From positions 2,284,769-2,348,768 of the forward strand of contig OZ244779.1 in assembly GCA_965219575.1 (NCBI GenBank): a stretch of 64,000 nt of DNA. The letters are read 5' to 3'. Source of the stretch: Candidatus Oxydemutatoraceae bacterium. GTDB taxonomy: Bacteria; Pseudomonadota; Gammaproteobacteria; Poriferisulfidales; Oxydemutatoraceae. Both the position numbers and the translations under genes were made by a program. The notes beneath the pieces were generated by a model. The model was not told the origin of the DNA and did no database searches. It saw nothing but the letters and a program-made list of their open reading frames with translations. This document shows, one piece after another, positions 19,959 through 30,228 of this stretch. How positions within the stretch are numbered: position 1 is the stretch's first letter; every line of letters begins with the position of its first letter.

Positions 19959-21221
19959 TCATCCTACTCTCGATCGTAATCGGCGTACATCGGTTTGCTC
20001 TAGACTCAGTTCCAATAACCACCCTTGCCCGGGTATATAACGATCGTTAACCACCCTTTTATTGTCGTACAAAGATGCGCGTATGGCACCGGCAGCGGGT
20101 GGCAAACACAGCCTATATATCGTTTTCTTTGCGGCGATTTCGGATTGCAACGCATGACGTAAAAGATCTATTCCCGTACCTTTTAGCGCGCTGATATAGA
20201 CGGTCCTAGCAAAGGCACCCCCGTTGAAATCTATCGCTGCCTTTGCGTCGTTTAAGCGATCTATTTTGTTCATTATTCTGATGCGCTTAATATCGCCGGC
20301 TCCGATTTTATCCAGAACTTGCTCTACGCAACGACGTTTCTCCAGCCGTTGCGGGTCGGAAGCATCTTCCACACACAAAATTAAATCGGCATCGCGAACT
20401 TCAACCAAAGTTGCATTAAATGCGTCTATCAATTCATGGGGCAGGTTTCGTATAAAGCCTACGGTGTCGGAGACCAACACCGTGCAATCCTCCAATTCCA
20501 AACGCCGAGTGACAAGGTCTAAGGTCGCAAAGAGCATGTCGGCGGAATCCACATCGGCCGAAGTCAGGGCATTGAACAAAGTAGATTTGCCGGTATTGGT
20601 ATAGCCGACTAAGGCTATAAGCGGTAAAGCATTTTTTCGGCGATTGCGCCGGCGTTGCTCGTGTTGATGTCTGATACTTTTGAGTTCTTTTTTAATCGTT
20701 GCAACGCGCCGTTTTAATAGGCGGCGGTCGGTCTCCAGCTGTTTCTCACCGGGACCGCGCAACCCGATACCTCCCTTCTGACGCTCCAAGTGTGTCCAAC
20801 CACGTACTAAATGTGTGGCAAGGTATTCCAACTGTGCCAACTCAACCTGCAATTTGCCCTCGTACGACTGCGCTCTTTGCGCAAATATGTCAAGTATCAA
20901 CCCCGTATAAGTGATAACTCGGGTGCAGGTGTGTTGCTCTAGATTTCGTATCTGACCGGGGCTTAAATCTCGATCTATTATGGTCAAACTTATATTATGT
21001 GTTTGCGCTTGCTCACGAATTTCGGAAGCCTTGCCCGAACCGATTAGATATTTAGGGTCCGGACGATGCCGACGAACCTTCAATACGAACTCTGCATGAA
21101 TTCCGGCAGAGGCAACAAGCTCACAAAACTCTTCCAAGTGCCGATTATCTTTGCGCTCTCTTCCGAAACTAGTACTAAGCAATATCGCCGACTCGGATAT
21201 AAATTGATGTGCTTCTCTCAT
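19959..21221 (-). CDS. hflX: Ribosome-splitting GTPase HflX
   Basis: GPGEKQLETDRR, GYTNTGKST, DTVGF, NKID. Confidence 0.97.
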   Translation of the reverse strand: MREAHQFISESAILLSTSFGRERKDNRHLEEFCELVASAGIHAEFVLKVRRHRPDPKYLIGSGKASEIREQAQTHNISLTIIDRDLSPGQIRNLEQHTCTRVITYTGLILDIFAQRAQSYEGKLQVELAQLEYLATHLVRGWTHLERQKGGIGLRGPGEKQLETDRRLLKRRVATIKKELKSIRHQHEQRRRNRRKNALPLIALVGYTNTGKSTLFNALTSADVDSADMLFATLDLVTRRLELEDCTVLVSDTVGFIRNLPHELIDAFNATLVEVRDADLILCVEDASDPQRLEKRRCVEQVLDKIGAGDIKRIRIMNKIDRLNDAKAAIDFNGGAFARTVYISALKGTGIDLLRHALQSEIAAKKTIYRLCLPPAAGAIRASLYDNKRVVNDRYIPGQGWLLELSLEQTDVRRLRSRVG

Positions 21222-21262
21222 ACTAGATAAATATTAGCCAGAATTTATTCATTATACAAGAT

Positions 21263-21305
21263 GTTCCACTCCTCCGGAGAGGCGGCAAGTTTCGCCTGAC
21301 GGGGT
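21263..21305 (-). repeat. Degenerate R2 repeat
   Basis: ttccactcctccggagaggcggcaagtttcgcctgacggggt. Confidence 0.6.
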
Positions 21306-21367
21306 GATCTCCCCTACTTCAGAAAGCCGAAAGCAGATTTTTTTGTTATACTTCCCTAAAAATCATA

Positions 21368-24300
21368 TTGGAGAGAAAAGAATTGCCTATAAGCGAAGGA
21401 CAAATTGAAGACGACTTCATAAAGAAGTTACAAGAACTTAAATACACCTATCGTGATGACATTCATGATAAAGCTACGCTTGAGCAAAACTTTCGCCAAA
21501 AGTTTGAAGCCCTCAATCGCGTTACTCTGACGGATACCGAATTCGCCCGTCTGCTCGGCGACATCGTAAGCAACGATGTATTCAAGGCCGCCAAAACCCT
21601 GCGCGAATATCACCACTTTGAACGAGAAGACGGCACGCCACTCCAATATACCCTAGTGAACACCAAAGACTGGTGTAAAAACGAATTTGAAGTCATCAAC
21701 CAAGTACGCATCAATACCAAGTATAGCCATCACCGTTATGATGTCGTTATACTCATAAACGGCATTCCCGTCGTTCAATTTGAATTAAAAAGACACGATA
21801 TCGTCCCTCTCAAAGCCATGGAACAGATTGTCAAATACAAAAACGACCCCGATAACGGCTACACCAACAGCCTGCTATGTTTTATGCAGCTGTTTATCGT
21901 CAGCAACGGATATAAAACCTACTACTTCCCTAATAATAACAATAAGTATTTTGAATTTAATGCCGACGAACGCTTTCTGCCCATATACCAAATGGCAGAC
22001 CGAGACAACAAAAAAATCAGCGGATTGGATGACTTTGCCGATAGCTTTTTAAGCAAATGCAAACTCGGTCAAATGATCAGTCGCTATATAGTGCTGGTGG
22101 AAATGGAAGAAAAACTGATCATTATGCGTCCTTATCAGATCTATGCGGTGGAAGCCATCGTCGACTGCATTAACGAAAACCGAGGCAACGGCTATATTTG
22201 GCATACAACCGGCAGTGGCAAAACCCTGACCTCGTTCAAGGCATCGACTCTATTAAAAGACAATCCCGATATTGAAAAATGCTTTTTTGTCGTAGACCGC
22301 AAAGATCTTGACTATCAGACCAGAGCGGAATTCAACACATTCCAAAAAAAGTGTGTCGAGGAAAACACCAACACCGAAACTTTGGTGCGCCGCATGCTAT
22401 CGGAGGATATCGCCGACAAAATTATCGTCACCACCATTCAAAAACTGGCACTGGCACTGGACGATAGCAGTCAAAAGGCTCGCCGGCATAAACAAAAAGG
22501 CAGACAAACCTACAAAGAACGTTTGAAACCACTGAGCGACAAGCGCGTCGTATTTATCTTTGACGAATGTCACCGCTCGCAGTTTGGCGAAAACCACAGA
22601 GCCATTAAATCCTTCTTTCCTCAAGCTCAACTATTCGGCTTTACCGGCACACCGATTTTTGAGGAAAATGCCGCGAAAACAAGAATCGAAGAGACGGTAT
22701 CTAGCTATGTTACAACCGAGAGTGTTTTCCAGAAAGAGCTACATGCCTACACCATCACCAATGCCATTGACGACAAAAATGTACTCAAGTTTCATGTTGA
22801 CTACTTCGGTCAAAACAACGACAAAGACACCGACGATACAAGCAAAACGCTGGCGCCGGTTAAACCTACACCCGAGGCGGTCGTCGAAGAAATACTGCGA
22901 AAGCACGATAATGCCACCAACCATCGCCGCTTTAATGCACTGCTGGCTACCGGGTCAATCAACCATGCTATTGACTATTACGAACAATTCAAACGGATAC
23001 AAAAACAAAAGCAAGCCGAAGACGATGACTTTATGCCGCTCAATATCGCCTGTGTATTCACACCACCGATACAAGCCTTAGACAAAGACAATAACAACCT
23101 GCACGACATCAAACAGCTACAAGACGAACTGGAACAGGAAAAAGAGGACAACAAAGTGGAACCGGAAAAGAAAAAGGCTGCACTCAAAACCATCATTGCC
23201 GACTACAACAAGCAATACGGCACCAACTGTAGCATTAACGAATATGACCGCTACTACCAAAATATACAGCAGCGTATTAAAGATCAGCAATACAAAAATT
23301 CCGATCACCCGCATAAAAACAAAATTGACATTACGATCGTAGTGGACATGCTACTCACCGGTTTTGACTCCAAATACCTTAACACCTTGTATGTGGACAA
23401 AAACCTCAAATACCACGGATTGATTCAGGCGTTTTCGCGCACCAACCGAATACTCAACGGCACCAAACCGCACGGCAACATTCTTGATTTTCGCGGACAA
23501 AGTAAGGAAGTAGATGACGCGATTATCCTGTTTTCAGGAAAAGAAGCGTATGCCAATAAAAAAATCTGGCTGGTTGCCCCCGCCTCCGAAGTAATTGAAG
23601 AATACGAAACCGCAGTGCAACAACTGCAAACTTTTATGGAAAAAGAAAAACTGCAATTCCATCCCTCGGAAATAGCCAACCTCAACGGCGATATTGCCAA
23701 AACTAGCTTCATAACCCAATTCAGAGAAGTGCAGAAACTAAAAACACAGCTGGATCAATACACCGATGTAGATGACGACAACAAACAAAAAATAGAACAA
23801 CTCTTATCGGATGACCACCTGCAAGGCTATAGAAGTGCCTATCTAGAAATTGCACGAGAATTAAAAGAAGGGCGAGAGACCGGCAGCAATGACGAAAAAG
23901 CCGAACAACCGGATTTCCAACTGGTGCTGTTTTCTTCGGTTCTGATCGACTACGACTACATCATCAAGCTAATCTCCGAAATCACGCAATCCGGCACTCC
24001 ACAAAAAATGAACCGTGGAAAGCTCATTGAACTTATTCGGAGCGTTGCCAACCTAGAAGAAGACAGAGAGGATATTATCGACTATATCAACAGCCTAGAA
24101 ACCGGCGTGGTGATGGATGAACAAGCCGTTCGCGACGGCTATCAAAAATTTAAGGAACAAAAATCACAACGGATACTAACAAACATGGCACAAAAACACG
24201 GCTTGCAAACCGATACCCTGCAAAACTTTGTCGACAACATCCTGAATCGCAGGATTTTTGACGGCGAACACCTGAGCGACTTAATCGCACCGCTGGAACC

Positions 24301-24412
24301 GGACTGGAAAGCCAGAGTGGAAAAAGAAACCAACCTGATGAAGGACTTAGGACCCTACTTAAGGAAACTGGCTCGCGGGCGAGATATTTCGGGGCTATCG
24401 GCGTATGAGTGA
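21368..24412 (+). CDS. hsdR: Type I restriction enzyme R subunit
   Basis: D..ILINGIP..QFELK nuclease motif, HTTGSGKT, DECHR, QAFSRTNR. Confidence 0.96.
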   Translation: MERKELPISEGQIEDDFIKKLQELKYTYRDDIHDKATLEQNFRQKFEALNRVTLTDTEFARLLGDIVSNDVFKAAKTLREYHHFEREDGTPLQYTLVNTKDWCKNEFEVINQVRINTKYSHHRYDVVILINGIPVVQFELKRHDIVPLKAMEQIVKYKNDPDNGYTNSLLCFMQLFIVSNGYKTYYFPNNNNKYFEFNADERFLPIYQMADRDNKKISGLDDFADSFLSKCKLGQMISRYIVLVEMEEKLIIMRPYQIYAVEAIVDCINENRGNGYIWHTTGSGKTLTSFKASTLLKDNPDIEKCFFVVDRKDLDYQTRAEFNTFQKKCVEENTNTETLVRRMLSEDIADKIIVTTIQKLALALDDSSQKARRHKQKGRQTYKERLKPLSDKRVVFIFDECHRSQFGENHRAIKSFFPQAQLFGFTGTPIFEENAAKTRIEETVSSYVTTESVFQKELHAYTITNAIDDKNVLKFHVDYFGQNNDKDTDDTSKTLAPVKPTPEAVVEEILRKHDNATNHRRFNALLATGSINHAIDYYEQFKRIQKQKQAEDDDFMPLNIACVFTPPIQALDKDNNNLHDIKQLQDELEQEKEDNKVEPEKKKAALKTIIADYNKQYGTNCSINEYDRYYQNIQQRIKDQQYKNSDHPHKNKIDITIVVDMLLTGFDSKYLNTLYVDKNLKYHGLIQAFSRTNRILNGTKPHGNILDFRGQSKEVDDAIILFSGKEAYANKKIWLVAPASEVIEEYETAVQQLQTFMEKEKLQFHPSEIANLNGDIAKTSFITQFREVQKLKTQLDQYTDVDDDNKQKIEQLLSDDHLQGYRSAYLEIARELKEGRETGSNDEKAEQPDFQLVLFSSVLIDYDYIIKLISEITQSGTPQKMNRGKLIELIRSVANLEEDREDIIDYINSLETGVVMDEQAVRDGYQKFKEQKSQRILTNMAQKHGLQTDTLQNFVDNILNRRIFDGEHLSDLIAPLEPDWKARVEKETNLMKDLGPYLRKLARGRDISGLSAYE

Positions 24413-24413
24413 G
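24380..24413 (+). repeat. 34-bp direct repeat of the hsdR-stop/hsdS-start junction; second copy at 25742..25775
   Basis: cgagatatttcggg(g/a)ctatcggc(g/t)tatgagtgag, 32/34 identical. Confidence 0.85.
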
Positions 24414-24445
24414 CATTGTAAGCCTTAGCAGGCAAGGAAAATTAG

Positions 24446-24895
24446 ATGATACTTTTGACTCAACACGAAGCAGATAGCCTGCTAAAAATGGAAAAACACT
24501 ATTTTAATTCAGAAAAACGATTTGATTTTCCGGACTTGGGAGGTGCATTGCATATCCCATTATATTCACAAGACAGAAGAGAAGAATTTACTCTTGATAT
24601 TAGACGCGGCCGGATTTCACTTGAGAAAAACACCTTCCAAACTAGAGCACGAAAAGCTATCGTTCTGGCACGCTTGGATTTGGGGGCACATCCTCATCAA
24701 AACCCTGAACCTGATGGTAGATGGTTTGAATGTCCTCACCTCCATTTGTATAGGGAAGGCTTCGGTGATAAGTATGCGTATCCATTATCGAAAGAATTCG
24801 CAGGAATTAGCGATCCTTTCGGATTGCTAGATGTTTTTATGGATTATTGCGTTATCATTAGAAAACCTACTATTAATAGAGGACTATTCACATGA
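24446..24895 (+). CDS. DUF6978-like hypothetical protein
   Basis: LARLD..HQNP..CPHLHLYREGFGDKYA; translationally coupled to the next gene. Confidence 0.7.
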   Translation: MILLTQHEADSLLKMEKHYFNSEKRFDFPDLGGALHIPLYSQDRREEFTLDIRRGRISLEKNTFQTRARKAIVLARLDLGAHPHQNPEPDGRWFECPHLHLYREGFGDKYAYPLSKEFAGISDPFGLLDVFMDYCVIIRKPTINRGLFT

Positions 24896-25659
24896 TGATA
24901 GACGACATTCAATCACTGCTAGACGATTATATTCGTTGGCTCAAAGATAAAACGGTTCTGAATCAAATAGACAAGCACTGGGTTCAGGTAACCACACCAC
25001 ATCTGGATCGTCACAATGACTGTTTGCAGTTTTATGTCCGTCAAAAAAATGGCGGCTACCTACTTACAGATGACGGTTATATCATTAACGACTTAATCAG
25101 TTCCGGTTGTCCCCTGAACGGTGAAAAAAAGCAGGAATTGCTAAAAACTACTTTGAACGGATTCGGCGTGCAACGAGAAGGCGAACAGTTGTCACTGAAA
25201 GCTACGCCGGAAAATTTCTCCCGGCAAAAACATAATTTTGTTCAAGCCATGCTGGCGGTCAATGATTTGTTCTACTTGGCTTCGCCTTATGTAAGAAGTC
25301 TATTTTACGAAGATGTTACACAATGGCTTGACTCGGCAGATATTCGTTTTACTTCGAAGGTTAAATTTACCGGAAAAAGCGGATACGACCATCAATTTGA
25401 TTTTATTATTCCCAAATCTCGCCAATACCCCGAGCGGATTATTCAGACAATTAATAACCCTAAAAAAGACAACACAAAAGCACTGCTTTTCAAATGGCAT
25501 GATACACGCGAGAACAGAACCCCGGATACACAACTCTATGCCTTCTTAAACGACTCAGAGGGATCTGTTGCTGAATCTGCATCCGCTTTGCAAATCTATG
25601 ACATAAAACCTGTCCCATGGTCTGATCGTGAAAATGTAAAAAAAGAATTGGTTGCATGA
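24892..25659 (+). CDS. DUF1828/DUF1829 domain protein
   Basis: TTPHLDRHND, LTDDGY, FTGKSGYDHQFDFIIP. Confidence 0.8.
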   Translation: MMIDDIQSLLDDYIRWLKDKTVLNQIDKHWVQVTTPHLDRHNDCLQFYVRQKNGGYLLTDDGYIINDLISSGCPLNGEKKQELLKTTLNGFGVQREGEQLSLKATPENFSRQKHNFVQAMLAVNDLFYLASPYVRSLFYEDVTQWLDSADIRFTSKVKFTGKSGYDHQFDFIIPKSRQYPERIIQTINNPKKDNTKALLFKWHDTRENRTPDTQLYAFLNDSEGSVAESASALQIYDIKPVPWSDRENVKKELVA

Positions 25660-25766
25660 TTGCGGCAGCGAGCAACCGAGCAACTTAATGACACCAATAA
25701 AATTGGATAGGGAAAACAGAATAGAAAAGTAAACTGGCGGACGAGATATTTCGGGACTATCGGCTT

Positions 25767-26960
25767 ATGAGTGAGAAAAAGCAGAAAGGGCTAGTGCCAA
25801 GACTACACTTCCCTGAGTTTCGGGATAGAGGAGAGTGGGAACTTAAAAGGTTAGGTGTCTGCCTCAAGTACCTACAGCCTACGGAGTATTTGGTGCAAAG
25901 TACTACGTATGACGACAAATTTCAAATTCCTGTCCTGACGGCTGGCAAAACCTTCATTTTAGGGTACACAAACGAAACTAAAGGAGTATTTGATAAAGAA
26001 CGTCTTCCAGTAATCATCTTTGATGATTTCACAACAGCTTCTAAATTCGTTGATTTTCCGTTTAAGGCAAAGTCTTCGGCTATGAAGATTTTGCTTGCTC
26101 AAGATAACAATATTAATATCAAATTTATTTATGAGGCAATGCAACGCATTAGGTATGAAGTTGGTGTTCACAAGAGACACTGGATTTCTATATTTTCTAA
26201 TTTTTACACTCCGATACCAAAATTAAAAGAGCAGCAAAAAATTGCCGACTGCTTGTCATCCATTGACGAGAGCATCTCCACACAAACCGAAAAGCTCAAT
26301 GCCCTGAAGAACCATAAAAAAGCCCTGATGCAACAACTATTCCCTGCCGAAGGCGAAACCACCCCCAAACTACGCTTCCCCGAGTTTCGGGATGGGGAAG
26401 AGTGGGATTGGGGAGAAGTAGGTAATATCTATGATGTTACTAGAGGTTATGTACTTTCTATGAGCATAATCAACGAAAAATATTCTGAAGAGACTCCTTA
26501 TCCTGTATATTCTTCACAAACAAAAAATAATGGATTAGCAGGTTATTACAATGAATATCTATATGAAGACGCAATTACTTGGACGACAGATGGAGCTAAC
26601 GCAGGCGATGTGAATTATAGAAATGGTAAATTTTACTGTACAAACGTATGTGGAGTTTTACTGAATAACAAAGGGTTCGCAAATCTATGCATGGCAGAAC
26701 TGTTAAATACAGTGACAAGAAAACATGTTTCCTATGTTGGCAACCCGAAGCTCATGAACGGGGTCATGAGTAAAATTTCAATTCCATTTCCTAAATTAGA
26801 AGAACAGCAAAAAATCGCCGACTGTTTATCATTCATTGACGAATTGATAGCCACACAAACCGAAAAAATAGACATGCTCCGAACTCACAAGAAGGGCTTG
26901 ATGCAACAACTATTCCCCTTATCTGGAGAGGTTTCAGACTTTGACCTACGGAATAGTTAA
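25767..26960 (+). CDS. hsdS: Type I RM specificity subunit
   Basis: Two PRL(H/R)FPEF...EQQKIADCLS...KK.LMQQLFP repeats around two AT-rich TRDs. Confidence 0.96.
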   Translation: MSEKKQKGLVPRLHFPEFRDRGEWELKRLGVCLKYLQPTEYLVQSTTYDDKFQIPVLTAGKTFILGYTNETKGVFDKERLPVIIFDDFTTASKFVDFPFKAKSSAMKILLAQDNNINIKFIYEAMQRIRYEVGVHKRHWISIFSNFYTPIPKLKEQQKIADCLSSIDESISTQTEKLNALKNHKKALMQQLFPAEGETTPKLRFPEFRDGEEWDWGEVGNIYDVTRGYVLSMSIINEKYSEETPYPVYSSQTKNNGLAGYYNEYLYEDAITWTTDGANAGDVNYRNGKFYCTNVCGVLLNNKGFANLCMAELLNTVTRKHVSYVGNPKLMNGVMSKISIPFPKLEEQQKIADCLSFIDELIATQTEKIDMLRTHKKGLMQQLFPLSGEVSDFDLRNS

Positions 26961-26990
26961 GTTTATGCTTTACAGAAAAGGGATTTAATT

Positions 26991-27290
26991 ATGGATAAAC
27001 AGCTACAAGCCTTGCAACAAAATCTGGAAACTGTAGTGCAACGCACTGATACTGAAGGCATTGAATTCTGGTTTGCACGCGATCTACAGAAACCTCTAGG
27101 CTATATCCGATGGGAGAACTTCCAAACCGTCATCAAGCGCGCCATAGCGTCCTGCCAAACCAGTGGTTATGAGGTTTCCGACCATTTTCGTGGCATCACG
27201 AAAATGGTCAAACTAGGCAGTGATGACAAATGTAAAAAAGCTGGCGAAACAAACCAAACCACTACCGCTCGGACAAGGTGATGAAACTAA
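26991..27290 (+). pseudogene. DinD-like (BRO-N related) gene with internal deletion
   Basis: EFWFARDLQ.PLGY.RWENF...DHFRGITKMV.LGS, then frame switch; a C-terminal-like VKKLAKQTKPLP lies in another frame. Confidence 0.65.
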
Positions 27291-27305
27291 TCAAGAGAAA
27301 CCGAC

Positions 27306-28916
27306 ATGACCCAAGAGCAACTTAATCAACTCGGCAAAACTTTGTGGGATATTGCCGACCAGTTACGCGGTGCCATGGATGCCGACGACTTTCGCGATTA
27401 TATGCTGTCGTTTCTGTTTTTGCGTTATTTATCCGACAACTACGAAGCTGCCGCAAAAAAGGAGCTTGGGAAGGATTATCCTAAACCGGCGGAGGGAGAC
27501 AAACGATCGCCGTTGGCAATCTTATATGCCGAAACGCCCGACGATGCCGCTAAACTTCAAGAACAGATGCGCCGCAAGATGCATTATGTAATTGAACCCG
27601 AATATCTGTGGAGCAGGATTACCGAAATGGCACGCCTGCAGGATAATGAATTATTAATAACCCTTGAAAATGGTTTCAAGTATATTGAGAACCATAGTTT
27701 TGCAAGCAACCTTCAGGGCTTGTTTTCGGAGATTAATCTACATTCGGAAAAGCTCGGTAAGACTGCAACCGAACGCAATAAAAAACTCTGTACAATCATC
27801 CAGAAAATTGCCGAAGGTATGGCAGAGTTTTCGGCGACTACCGATATTCTCGGCGATGCCTATGAATATCTGATCGGTCAATTTGCCGCCGGGTCGGGTA
27901 GAAAAGCCGGTGAGTTTTATACACCACAAGAAATTTCAACTATCCTATCTCGTATCGTTGCACTTGACCCGCAGAAACCGGAAAACGGAGTCAAAGAAAG
28001 GCTGGGAAATGTGCTGGACTTTGCATGTGGTTCGGGTTCCTTGCTACTCAATGTGCGTCAGCGGTTGGGTGCACACGGTGTCGGTAGGATATACGGTCAA
28101 GAAAAAAACATTACCACCTATAACCTTGCCCGTATGAACATGTTGCTACACGGAGTAAAAGATACCGAGTTTGAGATTCATCACGGTGACTCACTACTCA
28201 ATGATTGGGATATATTGCGCGAAATGAATCCAGCTAAAAAACGGAAGTTTAGTGCTGTTGTTGCCAATCCACCGTTCAGCTACCGCTGGGAACCCGATGA
28301 CGCACTGCGTAAAGACTTTCGCTTCAAAAACCACGGGGTCGCGCCTAAATCGGCAGCGGATTTTGCTTTTTTACTGCACGGCTTGCACTTTCTACACGAT
28401 GAAGGTGTGATGGTGATTATTCTGCCCCACGGCGTACTGTTTCGCGGCAATGTGGAAGCACGTATTCGTACCAAACTCTTAAAAGACAATCACATTGATA
28501 CGGTAATCGGCTTGCCGGCAAACCTGTTTTTCTCTACCGGCATCCCGGTTTGTATCCTAGTGCTGAAAAAATGTAAAAAAGACGACGATGTATTATTCAT
28601 CAATGCGAGTGAACATTATGAAAAGGTCAAACGACAGAACAAATTATTGGATGAGCATATCAATAAAATTGTAGACACCTACCAATTTCGCAAAGAAGAA
28701 CCGGGCTATTCGCGCCGAGTCTCTGCGGAGGAAATCGAGCAGAGCGATTTTAATTTGAACATCTCACGCTATGTGAGCGTTGCCGAACCGGAGCCGGAAA
28801 TAGATTTAGAGGAAACCCATAAGGATTTGGTTGAATTGGAAAAAAGAACCGTGAAAGCGACCAAAACCCATAACCAATTTTTGAAGGAATTAGGATTGCC
28901 TTTGTTGCCCGATTGA
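27306..28916 (+). CDS. hsdM: Type I RM methyltransferase subunit
   Basis: GEFYTP, DFACGSG, VANPPF, PHGVLFRG. Confidence 0.97.
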   Translation: MTQEQLNQLGKTLWDIADQLRGAMDADDFRDYMLSFLFLRYLSDNYEAAAKKELGKDYPKPAEGDKRSPLAILYAETPDDAAKLQEQMRRKMHYVIEPEYLWSRITEMARLQDNELLITLENGFKYIENHSFASNLQGLFSEINLHSEKLGKTATERNKKLCTIIQKIAEGMAEFSATTDILGDAYEYLIGQFAAGSGRKAGEFYTPQEISTILSRIVALDPQKPENGVKERLGNVLDFACGSGSLLLNVRQRLGAHGVGRIYGQEKNITTYNLARMNMLLHGVKDTEFEIHHGDSLLNDWDILREMNPAKKRKFSAVVANPPFSYRWEPDDALRKDFRFKNHGVAPKSAADFAFLLHGLHFLHDEGVMVIILPHGVLFRGNVEARIRTKLLKDNHIDTVIGLPANLFFSTGIPVCILVLKKCKKDDDVLFINASEHYEKVKRQNKLLDEHINKIVDTYQFRKEEPGYSRRVSAEEIEQSDFNLNISRYVSVAEPEPEIDLEETHKDLVELEKRTVKATKTHNQFLKELGLPLLPD

Positions 28917-28965
28917 CGGGGGATTGCTGTAATCGGGTGGCGCAAGCGGTTGAATTCATGCAGAC

Positions 28966-29400
28966 ACTTCTACAACCACCCCGTCAGGCTGAATAGAGCC
29001 GCCGATTGAACCAGCAGGTCAATCGGCGTGACTTTGTTCAGAACCTCAACATGACTGCTAAACGCATGCATTGCAAAATGCATAGGCCACCCCTCCACAG
29101 GAGGGGAATTAACTTGTGCAGACCCGCTGGGACTGTTGAAAAAGTGCGGCATCGTACGAATCCAATCACTTGCGCCATTTGGTTTTGGTTTCCATAAATT
29201 GGATGGATGAATGTATAAATGGTGTAGGAACAACGCGTTACGGGCGGACATGTTAGTCCGCCCCTACGGGTGGTTTGCAAATATTCACAGCGCAAGCGGT
29301 TACGATTGCGCCGTGACGATACTTTTTCAACAGCCCGACTTCTACAACCACCCTGTCAGGCTAAATAGAACCGCCGATTGAACCGGTAGGTCAAGTGGCG
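28966..29400. mobile_element. Repeat cluster: R3 inside R2, a 209-bp MITE (29129..29337) and a duplicated R2/R3 head
   Basis: acttctacaaccaccc(c/t)gtcaggct(g/a)aataga..gccgattgaacc at 28966 and 29338; MITE near-identical to 1280..1488. Confidence 0.82.
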
Positions 29401-29529
29401 GTCCTGTTTTTGATACCGTTCGTCGGAAATGCAAAACAGCACCACATCGCCTATTTTATGATCCGACCATGATTAGACGGCTTGCTATGCTGCAAGCTCT
29501 TTCTTATAATTCAACTGAAGAGGTTAAAA

Positions 29530-30147
29530 ATGGAAAATATAGAAAATGTAGATAACTTAACCATTGAAACTATTTACAAAATGGTGCTTGAAATGAAGTC
29601 AAAGCTGGACTTTCTAGAATCGGAAACGCATGCCCCACAATCGGACAAGGCAGGTTTGTACATGGAAAGTATAGACCTAAGATTAAGCAATGTTAATTCC
29701 GACATCGTAAACATGAAAGCTGATACAGAAAGCATAAAGCTAAGATTAAGCAATGTTGAAACCGATATAGGAAGCATGAAACTGAGACTAAGCAATGTTG
29801 AAGCCGACATCGTGGACATGAAAACCGAGATGGCAGATATGAAAACCGATATAACAGTCATGAAAGCTGATATAGAAGATATAAAATTAAGGTTAAGCAA
29901 GGTTGAAGCCGATATCGTAGACATGAAAACTGAGATGGCGGTTATGAAAACCGACATCGCGAATATAAAAGCTGATATTGTAGACATGAAAGCCGACATC
30001 GCAGAAATGAGAAGGGATATTGCGAAAAATGCAGCGGAACAATCTAAATTGAGAGATGATATCTATAAATGGGGTCTAGTGTTGGCTGCTAGCATCGTTG
30101 TTTCGGTAAGTTCTATTGTCAGTATGGTCGTAATTTTTGTGAACTAA
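29530..30147 (+). CDS. Heptad-repeat coiled-coil protein with C-terminal membrane anchor (DUF1640/Bdr-like)
   Basis: Repeated LRLSNVEADIVDMK and ADI..MK 7-aa units; hydrophobic C-terminus; GAAGAGG upstream of ATG 29530. Confidence 0.8.
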   Translation: MENIENVDNLTIETIYKMVLEMKSKLDFLESETHAPQSDKAGLYMESIDLRLSNVNSDIVNMKADTESIKLRLSNVETDIGSMKLRLSNVEADIVDMKTEMADMKTDITVMKADIEDIKLRLSKVEADIVDMKTEMAVMKTDIANIKADIVDMKADIAEMRRDIAKNAAEQSKLRDDIYKWGLVLAASIVVSVSSIVSMVVIFVN

Positions 30148-30228
30148 TGCCTGGAGCCTGAGAATGGGGGCTGTTGGGAGAATAGTCTCTACCTCTACAG
30201 GAGAGGAATTAACCAGTACAGATACGAC

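Noticed and set aside
29125-29341. Target-site duplications for the MITE copies at 11665, 17161, 29129, 30229 and 46860
   Set aside because: Flanking 4-mers do not match; TSDs are claimed only for the 1280 and 11901 copies
29574-29999. 141-aa antisense Ser/Ile/Phe-rich ORF
   Set aside because: Shadow frame of the heptad-repeat gene
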